A program made the translations under genes and the position numbers. DNA of 64,000 nt from an uncultured Poribacteria bacterium (lineage in GTDB: Bacteria > Poribacteria > WGA-4E > WGA-3G). Where the stretch lies: positions 3,040,001 through 3,104,000 of the forward strand of contig CATQHZ020000001.1 in assembly GCA_958296135.2 (NCBI GenBank), given 5' to 3'. Shown in pieces: positions 18,085 to 27,697 of this stretch. The first letter of the stretch is position 1. Every line of letters begins with the position of its first letter. A model generated the notes under the pieces. It searched no databases. It was given only the letters and a program-made list of their open reading frames with translations, and was not told the origin of the DNA.

Positions 18085-18888
18085 ATGCGAAACGTTTGTA
18101 TCCTTCTAATCGCCATGGTTTTCATGGCACTCCCCTTGGCTCCGCTGTTCGCAGCAGGCGAGGTGGCAATCTACACCGGCACCACGCAGTGGATCGGCAA
18201 AGCCCCCGCGGACGAACAGGCGCAGATCTGCGTTGACATGCTTGACGCTGCCGGCATCTTGAACACGTGGTTCGATAGCGATGGCGATATGGATGCCCTC
18301 GCCGAGTGGATGGATAGTGTCACCGGCGACCAGGGATTGGACATCTGTGTGCTTTACGGCGATTTGCCGCCGCCCGTCTATCCGGAGGGCAACTCACAGA
18401 CCGATGGCTCCGTCGGCGAAACCTTCATTGAGACTACCGATGGCGATACGTTCATCAACCACGCCGACTATATGTTTTGGGGACTCGGCGGCCGAAATGA
18501 GGAAGGCGGCTTGCAGAACATGATGGACATTGAAGGCATTGTGATGTGGGACGATGATACCGCGATGACCGTGACAGACGAAGGCAAGACCATCTCGCCG
18601 AGTCTGACCGATTTTGCGTCAGATCGCCCGTTCCACGTCGATGAACTTGATGGCGATTGGGAAGTTGAGGTATCTTTGGCACAGAGTGATGACGGCACCC
18701 GTGCGGATCCGATTATCGTTCGCGATGGCAACCTCGGCAGACTGATTCCGGTCATCCAAACGAACGGAGGCGATGAGCCGAAAGGCGCGGTCGCGGCGGA
18801 GATCATCATCTGGCTGATGTCCACCACGCCTGTTGAACCGGCTGGAAAGTTGTCCACAACGTGGGCAGACTTGAAAGCAGTCCGATGA
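18085..18888 (+). CDS. Secreted hypothetical protein, paralog of the upstream gene, C-terminal VEPAGKLSTTWADLK tail
   Basis: Shared blocks ADYxFWG.GGRNE..GLQNMMDI, WDDDT.M.VT.EGK, DRPFH, DP.IVR; very acidic. Confidence 0.8.
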   Translation: MRNVCILLIAMVFMALPLAPLFAAGEVAIYTGTTQWIGKAPADEQAQICVDMLDAAGILNTWFDSDGDMDALAEWMDSVTGDQGLDICVLYGDLPPPVYPEGNSQTDGSVGETFIETTDGDTFINHADYMFWGLGGRNEEGGLQNMMDIEGIVMWDDDTAMTVTDEGKTISPSLTDFASDRPFHVDELDGDWEVEVSLAQSDDGTRADPIIVRDGNLGRLIPVIQTNGGDEPKGAVAAEIIIWLMSTTPVEPAGKLSTTWADLKAVR

Positions 18889-18896
18889 GTCTTTTT

Positions 18897-18960
18897 GTCA
18901 GGGCGGATTTCTATATCCGCCCTGACTTCCAACTCCGTAGGCGCGGTTTCCAACCGCGCC
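18897..18960. repeat. Two REP-like palindromes directly upstream of the RAYT remnant
   Basis: GTCAGGGCGGAT-TTCTAT-ATCCGCCCTGAC (12-bp perfect stem) and GTAG-GCGCGGTT-TCC-AACCGCGC. Confidence 0.85.
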
Positions 18961-18987
18961 CGGTCGACAAGAAAATTAACCCAATTT

Positions 18988-19194
18988 ATGAAATCTTCGC
19001 CAACACCACGCAGCAAAGAATTACGGAAAGGGCGGCACTCAGCACCTGGAATATACTACCCTCTCACAACTGTCACACGTGCACGCAAACCCATCCTTGC
19101 AGACAGCGGGACTGCGTCAATTATTTTTAAAGCCTTTGACTGGCTGGAAACCATTGGAAACCACGCGTACCGGGAATTCACCTTATATCAATGA
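18988..19194 (+). pseudogene. N-terminal remnant of REP-associated tyrosine transposase (RAYT, IS200-like HUH)
   Basis: SKELRKGRHSAPGIYYPLTTVTRARKPIL matches the RAYT N-terminus; no HUH motif or catalytic Tyr follows; adjacent to GTAG REPs. Confidence 0.7.
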
Positions 19195-20060
19195 ACTTGA
19201 GACGACACAGCGTCCTATTCATAGGCACCCTTACTATTGTGCTGCTAGCATTGATTTCCTGCAATGAGCGGATGGATTCTCCCATCGTTGGCACCCTGCC
19301 CATCGAAACGCTCACTACAGACAAGGATTCGGCCGTGATGGTCTATGTTCCTGCAGGCGAGTTTTTGATGGGCACCAGCGATGCAGACATCGAGCAGTAT
19401 AAAGTGCTGTTCCCTCTCCGCAAAATCTCCCGATTTGATAACGAACGTCCGCAGCGCACCGTGTTTGTCGATGCGTTCTACATTGACCGGACAGAGGTTA
19501 CCAATCGGCAATATAAGCGGTTTCTCGCCGAGACCGGCTACGAACCGCAGCACTATCTGGATTATTTGCCCTATAACGCGCCCGATTTGCCTGCCGCGGT
19601 GCTGGAGTGGGAGGATGCCATCGCCTACGCCGAGTGGGCCGGCAAACGGCTGCCTACCGAGGCGGAATGGGAGAAAGCGGCGCGCGGCACAGATGGCCGT
19701 TTCTGGCCTTGGGGAAATGAATGGGATGCCACGAAACTGAGCGGCAACGATGGCACAGGACTCAAAGACGGCTATAAGGAGACTGCGCCGGTCGCGCAAT
19801 TTCCGCAAGGCGCGAGCCCGTACGGCGCGCTGGATATGGCAGGCAATTTGTGGGAGTGGGTATCTGACTGGTATGATGCAGACTACTATCGCAAAAACCC
19901 GAGCAATGTGAATCCACTGGGCCCCGAGACCGGGGATGGACACGTTTTGAAAGGCGGCGGCTGGGCAGAGAATTTAGATTTCACGCGATGCGCCAGTCGG
20001 TTAGGCGGCAACCCGGGCTCGCTCTTGCGCGGTTTCCGTTGCGCGATGGACGCGCCATGA
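19191..20060 (+). CDS. Formylglycine-generating enzyme-like (SUMF1/FGE-sulfatase) lipoprotein
   Basis: Lipobox LISC; VPAGEFLMG, FYIDRTEVTN, KRLPTEAEWEKAARG, DMAGNLWEWVSDWY, RGFRCA. Confidence 0.92.
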   Translation: MNLRRHSVLFIGTLTIVLLALISCNERMDSPIVGTLPIETLTTDKDSAVMVYVPAGEFLMGTSDADIEQYKVLFPLRKISRFDNERPQRTVFVDAFYIDRTEVTNRQYKRFLAETGYEPQHYLDYLPYNAPDLPAAVLEWEDAIAYAEWAGKRLPTEAEWEKAARGTDGRFWPWGNEWDATKLSGNDGTGLKDGYKETAPVAQFPQGASPYGALDMAGNLWEWVSDWYDADYYRKNPSNVNPLGPETGDGHVLKGGGWAENLDFTRCASRLGGNPGSLLRGFRCAMDAP

Positions 20061-20536
20061 AGCAGATTGTCACGCACGCAAACCCAGACCTGGATGCCAT
20101 CGTTAGCGCATGGCTTGCGCAAGATTTCCTCTTTCGCGGGCAACCGACAGAGGTGCTGTTTGTCAGCCGCAAAGTTCCTGAGAAATTGATGCAGACAGCC
20201 GACTGTCTCGTTGATGTCGGCAACACTTACTGTCCCGAACGTTATCGGTTTGACCACAAGCCGCCGGCATTTGTGAACCGAAACAGCACTTGTGCAACAC
20301 AATTAATTTGGGAACATTTGCGGGAGATAGGTGTGAAAGTAGAACACCTAGCACCGCTGGTGCAGGTGACTTATGAAGGAGATACGCATCGAAATTCGGC
20401 GGCTCTTAAACAGAGTCGCATCAATGGCCCACACGCAGAATTGGCGAAATTGAAACGGAAATATCGGAAGGCGATGGACATCTATCAGCGGATGGTTGTC
20501 TGGTTGCGGGAGTATGCGCGACAATTAGGGAGGTAG
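20057..20536 (+). CDS. DHH/MYG1-like phosphoesterase-fold hypothetical protein
   Basis: IVTHANPDLDAIVSAWL, LVDVG, RFDH; ATGA overlap with the upstream gene. Confidence 0.6.
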   Translation: MKQIVTHANPDLDAIVSAWLAQDFLFRGQPTEVLFVSRKVPEKLMQTADCLVDVGNTYCPERYRFDHKPPAFVNRNSTCATQLIWEHLREIGVKVEHLAPLVQVTYEGDTHRNSAALKQSRINGPHAELAKLKRKYRKAMDIYQRMVVWLREYARQLGR

Positions 20537-20541
20537 AACCG

Positions 20542-21165
20542 ATGGCATTTAGCGATTTCAAGTCGGTTCCTGAAGTTCAAGCGAAATTCGGCATCAAATC
20601 TTCAGAAGAGGATTTCATCGGGGTTGAGGAAGCTTTAACTCCTTCGGAGTCTTTTCTGCAAGAATTTGAATTTAACCGGCAACACCTCAACACCCTCGGG
20701 TCTGAGATGGCACGATGTGAGACGCTTATCTTTCCGGTTTTACGGGAAGTCTATAAACCCTACGCCGAGTCCTATATGCTCTGGATTGGCGAATCTCTTG
20801 CTTACGACGCAACTTTAACCGGCACGCCGGACTACTTCATCGCCACAAAATCTGAACTGGGCAAGCGCGTTGTCGGCACGCCCTTGATAATTCTTGTTGA
20901 GGCGAAGAAGAACGATTTTGAGTTAGGTTGGGGGCAGTGTCTGGCGGAGTTAATCGCCGCGCAGAAAATCAACGAGGATGCAGCTTTTCCGGTATACGGC
21001 ATCGTCACCGATGGGATGCTCTGGCAATTCGGGAAACTTGTCGGCGTCCGCTTTACTGAAAACATCACGCCGTTTAGTTTGGGGGATTTGCCGCGCCTCT
21101 TCGGAGCAATTGATGCTGTCTTCAAAGCAGCCCAAAACGGAAGCCCCGCGACCGCGGCACCGTAG
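20542..21165 (+). CDS. PD-(D/E)xK nuclease-like protein (HsdR N-terminal-like), array copy 1
   Basis: TGTPDYFI..VEAKK..GWGQCLAEL..VYGIVTDG..WQFGKL. Confidence 0.75.
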   Translation: MAFSDFKSVPEVQAKFGIKSSEEDFIGVEEALTPSESFLQEFEFNRQHLNTLGSEMARCETLIFPVLREVYKPYAESYMLWIGESLAYDATLTGTPDYFIATKSELGKRVVGTPLIILVEAKKNDFELGWGQCLAELIAAQKINEDAAFPVYGIVTDGMLWQFGKLVGVRFTENITPFSLGDLPRLFGAIDAVFKAAQNGSPATAAP

Positions 21166-21240
21166 CCGCCGGCAACTTTGTCGCCATCAGCATTTTCGGT
21201 ACAGACACGGTGTTGCTTTACCAGAAAAGGAGTGGAACCG

Positions 21241-21864
21241 ATGGCATTTAGTGATTTCAAAACGCTCACTGAAGTGCAAAAAAGATTCGGCATTAAGGAC
21301 TCGGAAATTGACTTTGTCGAGGCTGACAAACTCTTAAACCCTTCGGAGCATTTCCTGCAAGGATTTGCGTTTAGTCGGCAGCACCTTAATGTTTTCCGGT
21401 CCGAGGCGGCTCGGTGTGAGGCGGTTATCTATCCAATTTTACTAGAGAGTTATAAAGGATATGCCGATAATTATATGCTCTGGATTCGCGAACCGCTCGC
21501 CTACGATGCAATCTTGAGCGGCACACCGGACTACTTTATCGCTACCCGGTCGGCATTGGGAAAAAACGTTGTCGGCACGCCTTTGGTGATGGTGGTAGAG
21601 GCGAAGAAAAACGATTTTGAGTTAGGTTGGGGGCAATGTCTGGCGGCGATGATAGCCGCGCAGAAAATCAACGAGGATGCGGCGTTTCCGGTATACGGCA
21701 TCGTCACCGATGGCATGTTTTGGCGATTGGGGAAACTTGTCGGCGACACTTTCTGGGAGAACATCACGCCGTTTAGTTTGGGGGATTTACCGAGACTCTT
21801 CGGGGCAATTGATGCTGTCTTCAAAGCCGTTCAAAACGGAAGCCCCGCGACCGCGGCACCGTAA
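21241..21864 (+). CDS. PD-(D/E)xK nuclease-like protein, array copy 2
   Basis: Starts MAFSDFK after AAGGAG; same motifs as copy 1. Confidence 0.75.
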   Translation: MAFSDFKTLTEVQKRFGIKDSEIDFVEADKLLNPSEHFLQGFAFSRQHLNVFRSEAARCEAVIYPILLESYKGYADNYMLWIREPLAYDAILSGTPDYFIATRSALGKNVVGTPLVMVVEAKKNDFELGWGQCLAAMIAAQKINEDAAFPVYGIVTDGMFWRLGKLVGDTFWENITPFSLGDLPRLFGAIDAVFKAVQNGSPATAAP

Positions 21865-21941
21865 CGCCCCTCGTGCTTTGTTGCAATCGGCAGCTCTGGG
21901 ACAGGCACGGTGTTGCCTTACCAAAAGAGGAGGGGGAACCG

Positions 21942-22565
21942 ATGGCATTCAGTGATTTCAAAACCGTTGTTGAAGTGCAAGAAAAATTCAGCATCAAGTC
22001 TTCAAGAGTGAATTTTGTCGCGGATGAGGAACCCTTAACTCCTTCGGAGTGGTTTCAGCAAGAATTCGCTTTCAATATGCAACAGTTTGACTTTGCCGAA
22101 TCTGAAACGGCACGGTGTCAGGCACTGATCTTCCCCGTTTTACGGGAAGTCTACAAGGCCTATGCCGAGGACTACGTGCTCTGGATTGACGCATCTCTTG
22201 CTTACGATGAAACTTTAACCGGCACGCCGGACTACTTCATCGCCACAAAATCTGAACTGGGTGGGCGTATTCTCGGCACGCCGCTGATAATCGTTGTTGA
22301 GGCGAAGAAGAACGATTTTGAGTTAGGTTGGGGGCAATGTCTGGCGGAGTTAATCGCCGCGCAGAAAATCAACGGGGATGCGGCGTTTCCGGTGTATGGC
22401 ATCGTCACCGATGGGATGCTCTGGCAATTTGGCAGGCTTGTCGACGACAGCTTCACACAAAACATCACGCCGTTTAGTCTCGGCGATTTACCGCGCTTGT
22501 TCGGCGCAATCGATGCTGTCTTCAAAGCCGTTCAAAACGGAAGCCCCGCGCCCGCGACACCGTAA
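21942..22565 (+). CDS. PD-(D/E)xK nuclease-like protein, array copy 3
   Basis: Starts MAFSDFK after GGAGG; same motifs. Confidence 0.75.
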   Translation: MAFSDFKTVVEVQEKFSIKSSRVNFVADEEPLTPSEWFQQEFAFNMQQFDFAESETARCQALIFPVLREVYKAYAEDYVLWIDASLAYDETLTGTPDYFIATKSELGGRILGTPLIIVVEAKKNDFELGWGQCLAELIAAQKINGDAAFPVYGIVTDGMLWQFGRLVDDSFTQNITPFSLGDLPRLFGAIDAVFKAVQNGSPAPATP

Positions 22566-22641
22566 CGTCCCTCGTGCTTTGTTGCAATCGGCAGCTCTGG
22601 GACAGGCACGGTGTTGCCTTACCAAAAGAGGAGGGGAACCG

Positions 22642-23268
22642 ATGGCATTCAGTGATTTCAAAACCGTTGTTGAAGTGCAAGAAAAATTCAGCATCAAGTC
22701 TTTAGAGGAGGATTTTGTCGGCGTTGAGGAACCCCTAACACCTTCGGAGTGGTTTCTAGAAGAATTCGCTTTCAACATGCAACAGTTCAACTTTGCCGGG
22801 TCTGAGATGGCACGGTGTCAGGCATTAATTTTTCCTGTTTTACGGGAAGTCTATAAGGCCTACGCCGAGGACTACGTGCTCTGGATTGACGAATCCCTTG
22901 CTTACGATGAGACTTTGACCGGCACGCCGGATTACTTCATCACCACAAAATCTGAGTTGGGCCGACGCATTTTCGGCAGGCCTTTGGTGATGGTGGTAGA
23001 GGCGAAGAAGAACGATTTTGAGTTAGGTTGGGGGCAATGTCTGGCAGAGTTAATCGCCGCGCAGAAAATCAACGGGGATGCGGCGTTTCCGGTGTATGGC
23101 ATCGTCACCGATGGCATGTTCTGGCAATTTGGCAGGCTTGTCGACGACAGCTTCACACAAAACATCACGCCGTTTAGTCTCGGCGATTTACCGCGCTTGT
23201 TCGGCGCAATCGATGCTGTCTTCAAAGCCGTTCAAAACGGAAGCACTTCACTACCGGAAAGGAAATGA
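22642..23268 (+). CDS. PD-(D/E)xK nuclease-like protein, array copy 4
   Basis: Starts MAFSDFK; same motifs; stop overlaps the next start. Confidence 0.75.
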   Translation: MAFSDFKTVVEVQEKFSIKSLEEDFVGVEEPLTPSEWFLEEFAFNMQQFNFAGSEMARCQALIFPVLREVYKAYAEDYVLWIDESLAYDETLTGTPDYFITTKSELGRRIFGRPLVMVVEAKKNDFELGWGQCLAELIAAQKINGDAAFPVYGIVTDGMFWQFGRLVDDSFTQNITPFSLGDLPRLFGAIDAVFKAVQNGSTSLPERK

Positions 23269-24578
23269 TGAAACACATTGCAATCCTACTCATAACCGTT
23301 TTCTGCTCCATCGCGTTCCTCCATGCGGATGAGTGGCCGCAGTGGCGCGGCAAACACCGCGATGGCGTATGGAAAGAAACGGGGATAATTGACGCTTTTG
23401 AGGTGCCGGATATCCCCATCCGCTGGCGCGTGCCGATAGGCAGCGGCTACAGCGGCCCTAGCGTCGCTGATGGACGCGTCTACGTTACCGACCGGCTCAC
23501 GAAGCCGACGCAAGTTGAACGCGTTCACTGCTTTGACTGGGAAACGGGCGAACAAACCTGGTCCTACGTTTACGAGTGTGCTTATCGGATTGATTACACT
23601 GCCGGCCCGCGCGCTACCGTCACCGTTCATGACGGACTCGCCTACGCGTTAGGCGCGATGGGGCACCTGCACTGCTTTAATGCCGCTACCGGCGAGATTG
23701 TGTGGAAAAATGACCTCGGTGCAACGTATAATATAGAGATGCCGACATGGGGTATCGCGAGCGCGCCGATTGTCGAGGGTGAACACCTCATCGTGCAAAT
23801 CGGTGGCACACCGGGTGCGTGCATCGTCGCACTTGACAGGAGAACAGGCAAGGAGCGGTGGAAGGCCCTAGACGCTCCTGCCTCCTATTCCGCGCCTATT
23901 GTTATCACGCAGGCGGGACAACGCATTTTAATCTGCTGGACAGCCGCCAATATCGCCGCGCTCAATCCACAGACAGGCGAAGTGCTGTGGCTCTATCCGT
24001 TTAAACCGACGCGCATGAGTATCGGCATCGCCACCCCGGTTTTCTACGAAAATGAGCTCTTTATTACGGATTTCTTTGAAGGTTCGCTTTTGTTGAAACT
24101 AGCCCCCGATAAACTGACGGTGAAACTTGGCTGGCACCGCAAGGGCAAAGACGAGCAGCATACGGATGCACTGCATTCCACGATGGCTACGCCGATTCGG
24201 AACGGCAATTACATCTACGGCGTGGATAGTTACGGCGAACTCCGCTGTTTGGATGCTCGCAACGGCGATAGGGTGTGGGAAGCCCTCTCCGCCGTGCCGA
24301 GAGCACGATGGAGCAACATCCATTTTATCGAGAACGGCGACAAGGTGTGGATGTTCAACGAGCGCGGGGAGCTCCTCATCACGACGCTTTCTCCGGAGGC
24401 GTTGAACGTCATCAGCCGCGCGAAGTTGATTGAACCAACGCGAGCTCAGCTGAACCGCAGAGGTGGCGTAACCTGGGCGCACCCGGCGTTCGCCTATCGG
24501 CATGTCTTCGCGCGGAATGATAAGGAGCTGGTCTGCGCGAACCTCGCGAAAAATCAAAAATCAGATAAAGGAGACTAA
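23265..24578 (+). CDS. Secreted PQQ-like (BamB-type) beta-propeller protein
   Basis: Signal peptide; DEWPQWRG, YSGPSVADGRVY, repeated ALD..TG..W blades. Confidence 0.88.
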   Translation: MMKHIAILLITVFCSIAFLHADEWPQWRGKHRDGVWKETGIIDAFEVPDIPIRWRVPIGSGYSGPSVADGRVYVTDRLTKPTQVERVHCFDWETGEQTWSYVYECAYRIDYTAGPRATVTVHDGLAYALGAMGHLHCFNAATGEIVWKNDLGATYNIEMPTWGIASAPIVEGEHLIVQIGGTPGACIVALDRRTGKERWKALDAPASYSAPIVITQAGQRILICWTAANIAALNPQTGEVLWLYPFKPTRMSIGIATPVFYENELFITDFFEGSLLLKLAPDKLTVKLGWHRKGKDEQHTDALHSTMATPIRNGNYIYGVDSYGELRCLDARNGDRVWEALSAVPRARWSNIHFIENGDKVWMFNERGELLITTLSPEALNVISRAKLIEPTRAQLNRRGGVTWAHPAFAYRHVFARNDKELVCANLAKNQKSDKGD

Positions 24579-24582
24579 CATA

Positions 24583-27500
24583 TTGGAAACGACTCAAACG
24601 CCAACCGTTGATTTGCAACCTGGCCAACACCTGCACGGATTTGACGTGAAATCCATCACCCCGATTGATGAACTTCGCGCGGTGACAATTGAAGTAGCCC
24701 ATCCGCAGAGCGGCGCACGGCTGCTGCATCTCTATACGCACGACACAGAAAATCTTTTTTCTATCAATTTCCCGACACCGCCGCCCGATGATACCGGGCT
24801 GCCGCATATTCTTGAACATGCGGTGCTTGCCGGCTCACACAAATATCCGGTAAAGGAACCGTTCTTCGAGATGATTAAGATGAGCATGGCAACGTTTATC
24901 AACGCCATGACGAGCGCAGACCACACCTATTACCCGGTCGCGAGCAACGTTAAGAAAGACCTTTTCAATCTCGCCGAGGTCTACTTTGACGCGGTGTTTC
25001 ATCCGCTCCTGACTGAGGATACTTTCCGACGCGAGGGGCATCATCTCGCGCCTGCGAATCCGGAAGAGCCGACCGGCGATTTGAAAATCACCGGCATCGT
25101 CTATAACGAGATGAAGGGTGTCTTCTCCGACCCGGAGTCGCGGTTGTATCGTTCTATGACGAGCCGCCTGATGCCGGATACGCTTTACGCGCGGGAATCT
25201 GGCGGGAATCCGGTCGTGATTCCGGATCTAACTTATGAACAACTCAAGGCGTTTCACCAAACCTATTACCATCCGAGCAACAGTTACTTCTTCCTCTATG
25301 GCGATATTCCGACGAGTGATTATCTTGCCTTTCTCGCCGATAAACTAGCGGCTATTTCGCAAAATGGGGGCGGTTCGGCACACCGGCCACTCCGTCCCGA
25401 AGTCACGCGCCAACGGAAGTGGACATCGCCGCAGACGGTGATGGATACCTATCCCGTCGGTGCGGACGAGCCGCTCACGGAGAAGACGTATCTGATGCTG
25501 AGTTGGCTTATCGGTGATGCGACGGCTCCAGAAGATGTCGTCTTGTGCCGCATTTTAAGCCTGATTTTGCTTGGCAATGAAGGCGCGCCGCTCCGAAAGG
25601 CGATTATCGATTCCAAGCTCGGTGCCGATCTGGTTTATTCGGGTGCCAGTTCTATCGGTCCCACTAGCACCTTTTACGTTGGGCTCAAAGGTAGCGAGGC
25701 TGAGCGCGCCGAGGCGTTTACGCAATTGGTAATGAAAACCCTCACCGAGATTGCCGATGCAGAAATCGACAGTGCTCGGGTGGCATCGGCGTTCCAGCAG
25801 GCCACCTATCACTATCAGGAGGTTGCGTCGATGTTCCCGCTTCGGATGCTCTACCGCGTCATTGAAGCGTGGATTTATGAAAAGGACTCGGGCACCTTTT
25901 TGAGGATGGGAGAGAGTCTGGCTGCTGTTCAGCGGCGGTGGCAGGAGAATCCTGCGATTTTCAATGAACTGATTCGCGAGCAGCTGATTGACAATCCGCA
26001 CCGTTTGCTGAGTGTGCTATCCCCCGATGCGGAGATGCAGGCGAAGATAGACGCTGAATCAGCGGCACGGACGAGGGGTATTCGCGCGCAATTGACAGAT
26101 GGGCAGGTCGCGCAGCTCGCCGCCGAGGCCGCCGAATTGGAACGTCTCAACGGGCAACCTAACTCACCGGAGGCACTGGCAAAACTGCCGCAGTTGAAAG
26201 TCAGCGAGCTTCCTGAAAAGCCGCGGCATATTCCGACAACCGTTGAAAAGGTTCACGGCCGTGACTTGCTCCACAACGATGTCTTTTCTAACGGTGTGAA
26301 TTACCTCGTTCTCAACTTCGATCTGGCTGGGTTACCGCAGCACTTGTGGCAACACCTGCCTCGGTACGCCGAGGCGATTAGCAAACTGGGTGCCGCCGAT
26401 ATGAACTACGAACAGATGGCCCAGCGGAAATCCGCTGTCACCGGTGGTATTGGTTGCACGCCCGGTTTCGGCACGCACGCGTTGGATGGGAGTCGTTTGT
26501 TGCAGCATCTGCGTTTTCATCTGAAGGTACTTGATGGCAAGATGGATGCTGCGCTGGATGTGCTGCGGGATTTGGTTTTTTCCGTGAACCCGCGCGATAC
26601 TGAACGTCTTCGCGATGTGCTGACGCAGTCCGTAGCGGAATATCGCACTGAGATGATTCTCGACGGGGCGAGTACGGCGATTCATCACGCCGCGCGCGGG
26701 CTTTCATCGGGGGCGCATCTGTCTGAAATCGTCTTTGGGCTGCCGCAGTTGCACGGCAGTGAGAAGCTGCTCAGCGGTTTTGACGAACTTAACACTGAGC
26801 TCATGCGTCATATTGAGCAGATTCGCGATTTTCTGTTGTCCCCCGGCAGGGTGACTGCAAGTTTCACTGGTTCTGATGCCGCTTTCGATGCCACGCGCGC
26901 GTGTCTCGGCGAGTGGCTCAGCGCGATGAAAGCTGAAGCGATAGCTGCCGAGCCGGTTGCCTTCCAGCCGTTTGTCACCCCGCCACGCGAAGGGTTGGCG
27001 GGTCCGATTCAGATTGCGCACTGCGCGCAGGTGATGCCTGCACCGCACTATTCGCACCCGGATTCAACGTTGCTCAGTATCGGCGCGCACATCATTCGTT
27101 TGGATTACATCATGAGTGAGATTCGGTTTAAGGGCAATGCTTACGGTGCGTGGTTTACCTATAGTCCGCTTGAGGCGCATCTGTATCAGGCTTCTTACCG
27201 CGACCCGCACGTGGCGCGCACGCTCAACGTTTTCGCCGAAACTGTCGATTACGTCAAACAGGTGAAATGGACGCAGACAGACATTGATAGAGCGATTATC
27301 GCTACGGCGAAGAGCGGCGAGAAACCGATTCGTCCGAGTGGGGCAGCGAGCGGCGCGCTGAGTCAGCATCTCACTGGGCAGACGCGCGAGATGCGTGAGG
27401 AGCGGTATGCGCAACTCCGCCGTGCAACCCCTGCAGAAGTAAAGCGCGCGCTCCTCCAACTTTTGGAAGAAAACCGCGATAAGGCCGCGGTGTGCGTCGT

Positions 27501-27588
27501 GTCGAGCCGTGAAAAATTAGCGGCGGCGAATCAAGAATTGGCGGACCCTCTTGCTATTGAGGATATTCTGATATCCGCTTCAACGTAA
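24583..27588 (+). CDS. M16C insulinase-family zinc peptidase (PreP-like)
   Basis: TTG start after AAGGAG; HILEH inverted zinc motif, FINAMT, GIVYNEMKG, YYHPSNS, IRFKGNAYGA, SYRDP. Confidence 0.93.
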   Translation: METTQTPTVDLQPGQHLHGFDVKSITPIDELRAVTIEVAHPQSGARLLHLYTHDTENLFSINFPTPPPDDTGLPHILEHAVLAGSHKYPVKEPFFEMIKMSMATFINAMTSADHTYYPVASNVKKDLFNLAEVYFDAVFHPLLTEDTFRREGHHLAPANPEEPTGDLKITGIVYNEMKGVFSDPESRLYRSMTSRLMPDTLYARESGGNPVVIPDLTYEQLKAFHQTYYHPSNSYFFLYGDIPTSDYLAFLADKLAAISQNGGGSAHRPLRPEVTRQRKWTSPQTVMDTYPVGADEPLTEKTYLMLSWLIGDATAPEDVVLCRILSLILLGNEGAPLRKAIIDSKLGADLVYSGASSIGPTSTFYVGLKGSEAERAEAFTQLVMKTLTEIADAEIDSARVASAFQQATYHYQEVASMFPLRMLYRVIEAWIYEKDSGTFLRMGESLAAVQRRWQENPAIFNELIREQLIDNPHRLLSVLSPDAEMQAKIDAESAARTRGIRAQLTDGQVAQLAAEAAELERLNGQPNSPEALAKLPQLKVSELPEKPRHIPTTVEKVHGRDLLHNDVFSNGVNYLVLNFDLAGLPQHLWQHLPRYAEAISKLGAADMNYEQMAQRKSAVTGGIGCTPGFGTHALDGSRLLQHLRFHLKVLDGKMDAALDVLRDLVFSVNPRDTERLRDVLTQSVAEYRTEMILDGASTAIHHAARGLSSGAHLSEIVFGLPQLHGSEKLLSGFDELNTELMRHIEQIRDFLLSPGRVTASFTGSDAAFDATRACLGEWLSAMKAEAIAAEPVAFQPFVTPPREGLAGPIQIAHCAQVMPAPHYSHPDSTLLSIGAHIIRLDYIMSEIRFKGNAYGAWFTYSPLEAHLYQASYRDPHVARTLNVFAETVDYVKQVKWTQTDIDRAIIATAKSGEKPIRPSGAASGALSQHLTGQTREMREERYAQLRRATPAEVKRALLQLLEENRDKAAVCVVSSREKLAAANQELADPLAIEDILISAST

Positions 27589-27697
27589 GGACGGATGTCT
27601 ATGGTTTCCGCCTGTCCATGAAGCCTGCGATGGGATGTAAGCGCAGATTCTATCCCTCCATGCTTTCAAATAGAACATAAAATAGGAGATAATTATC

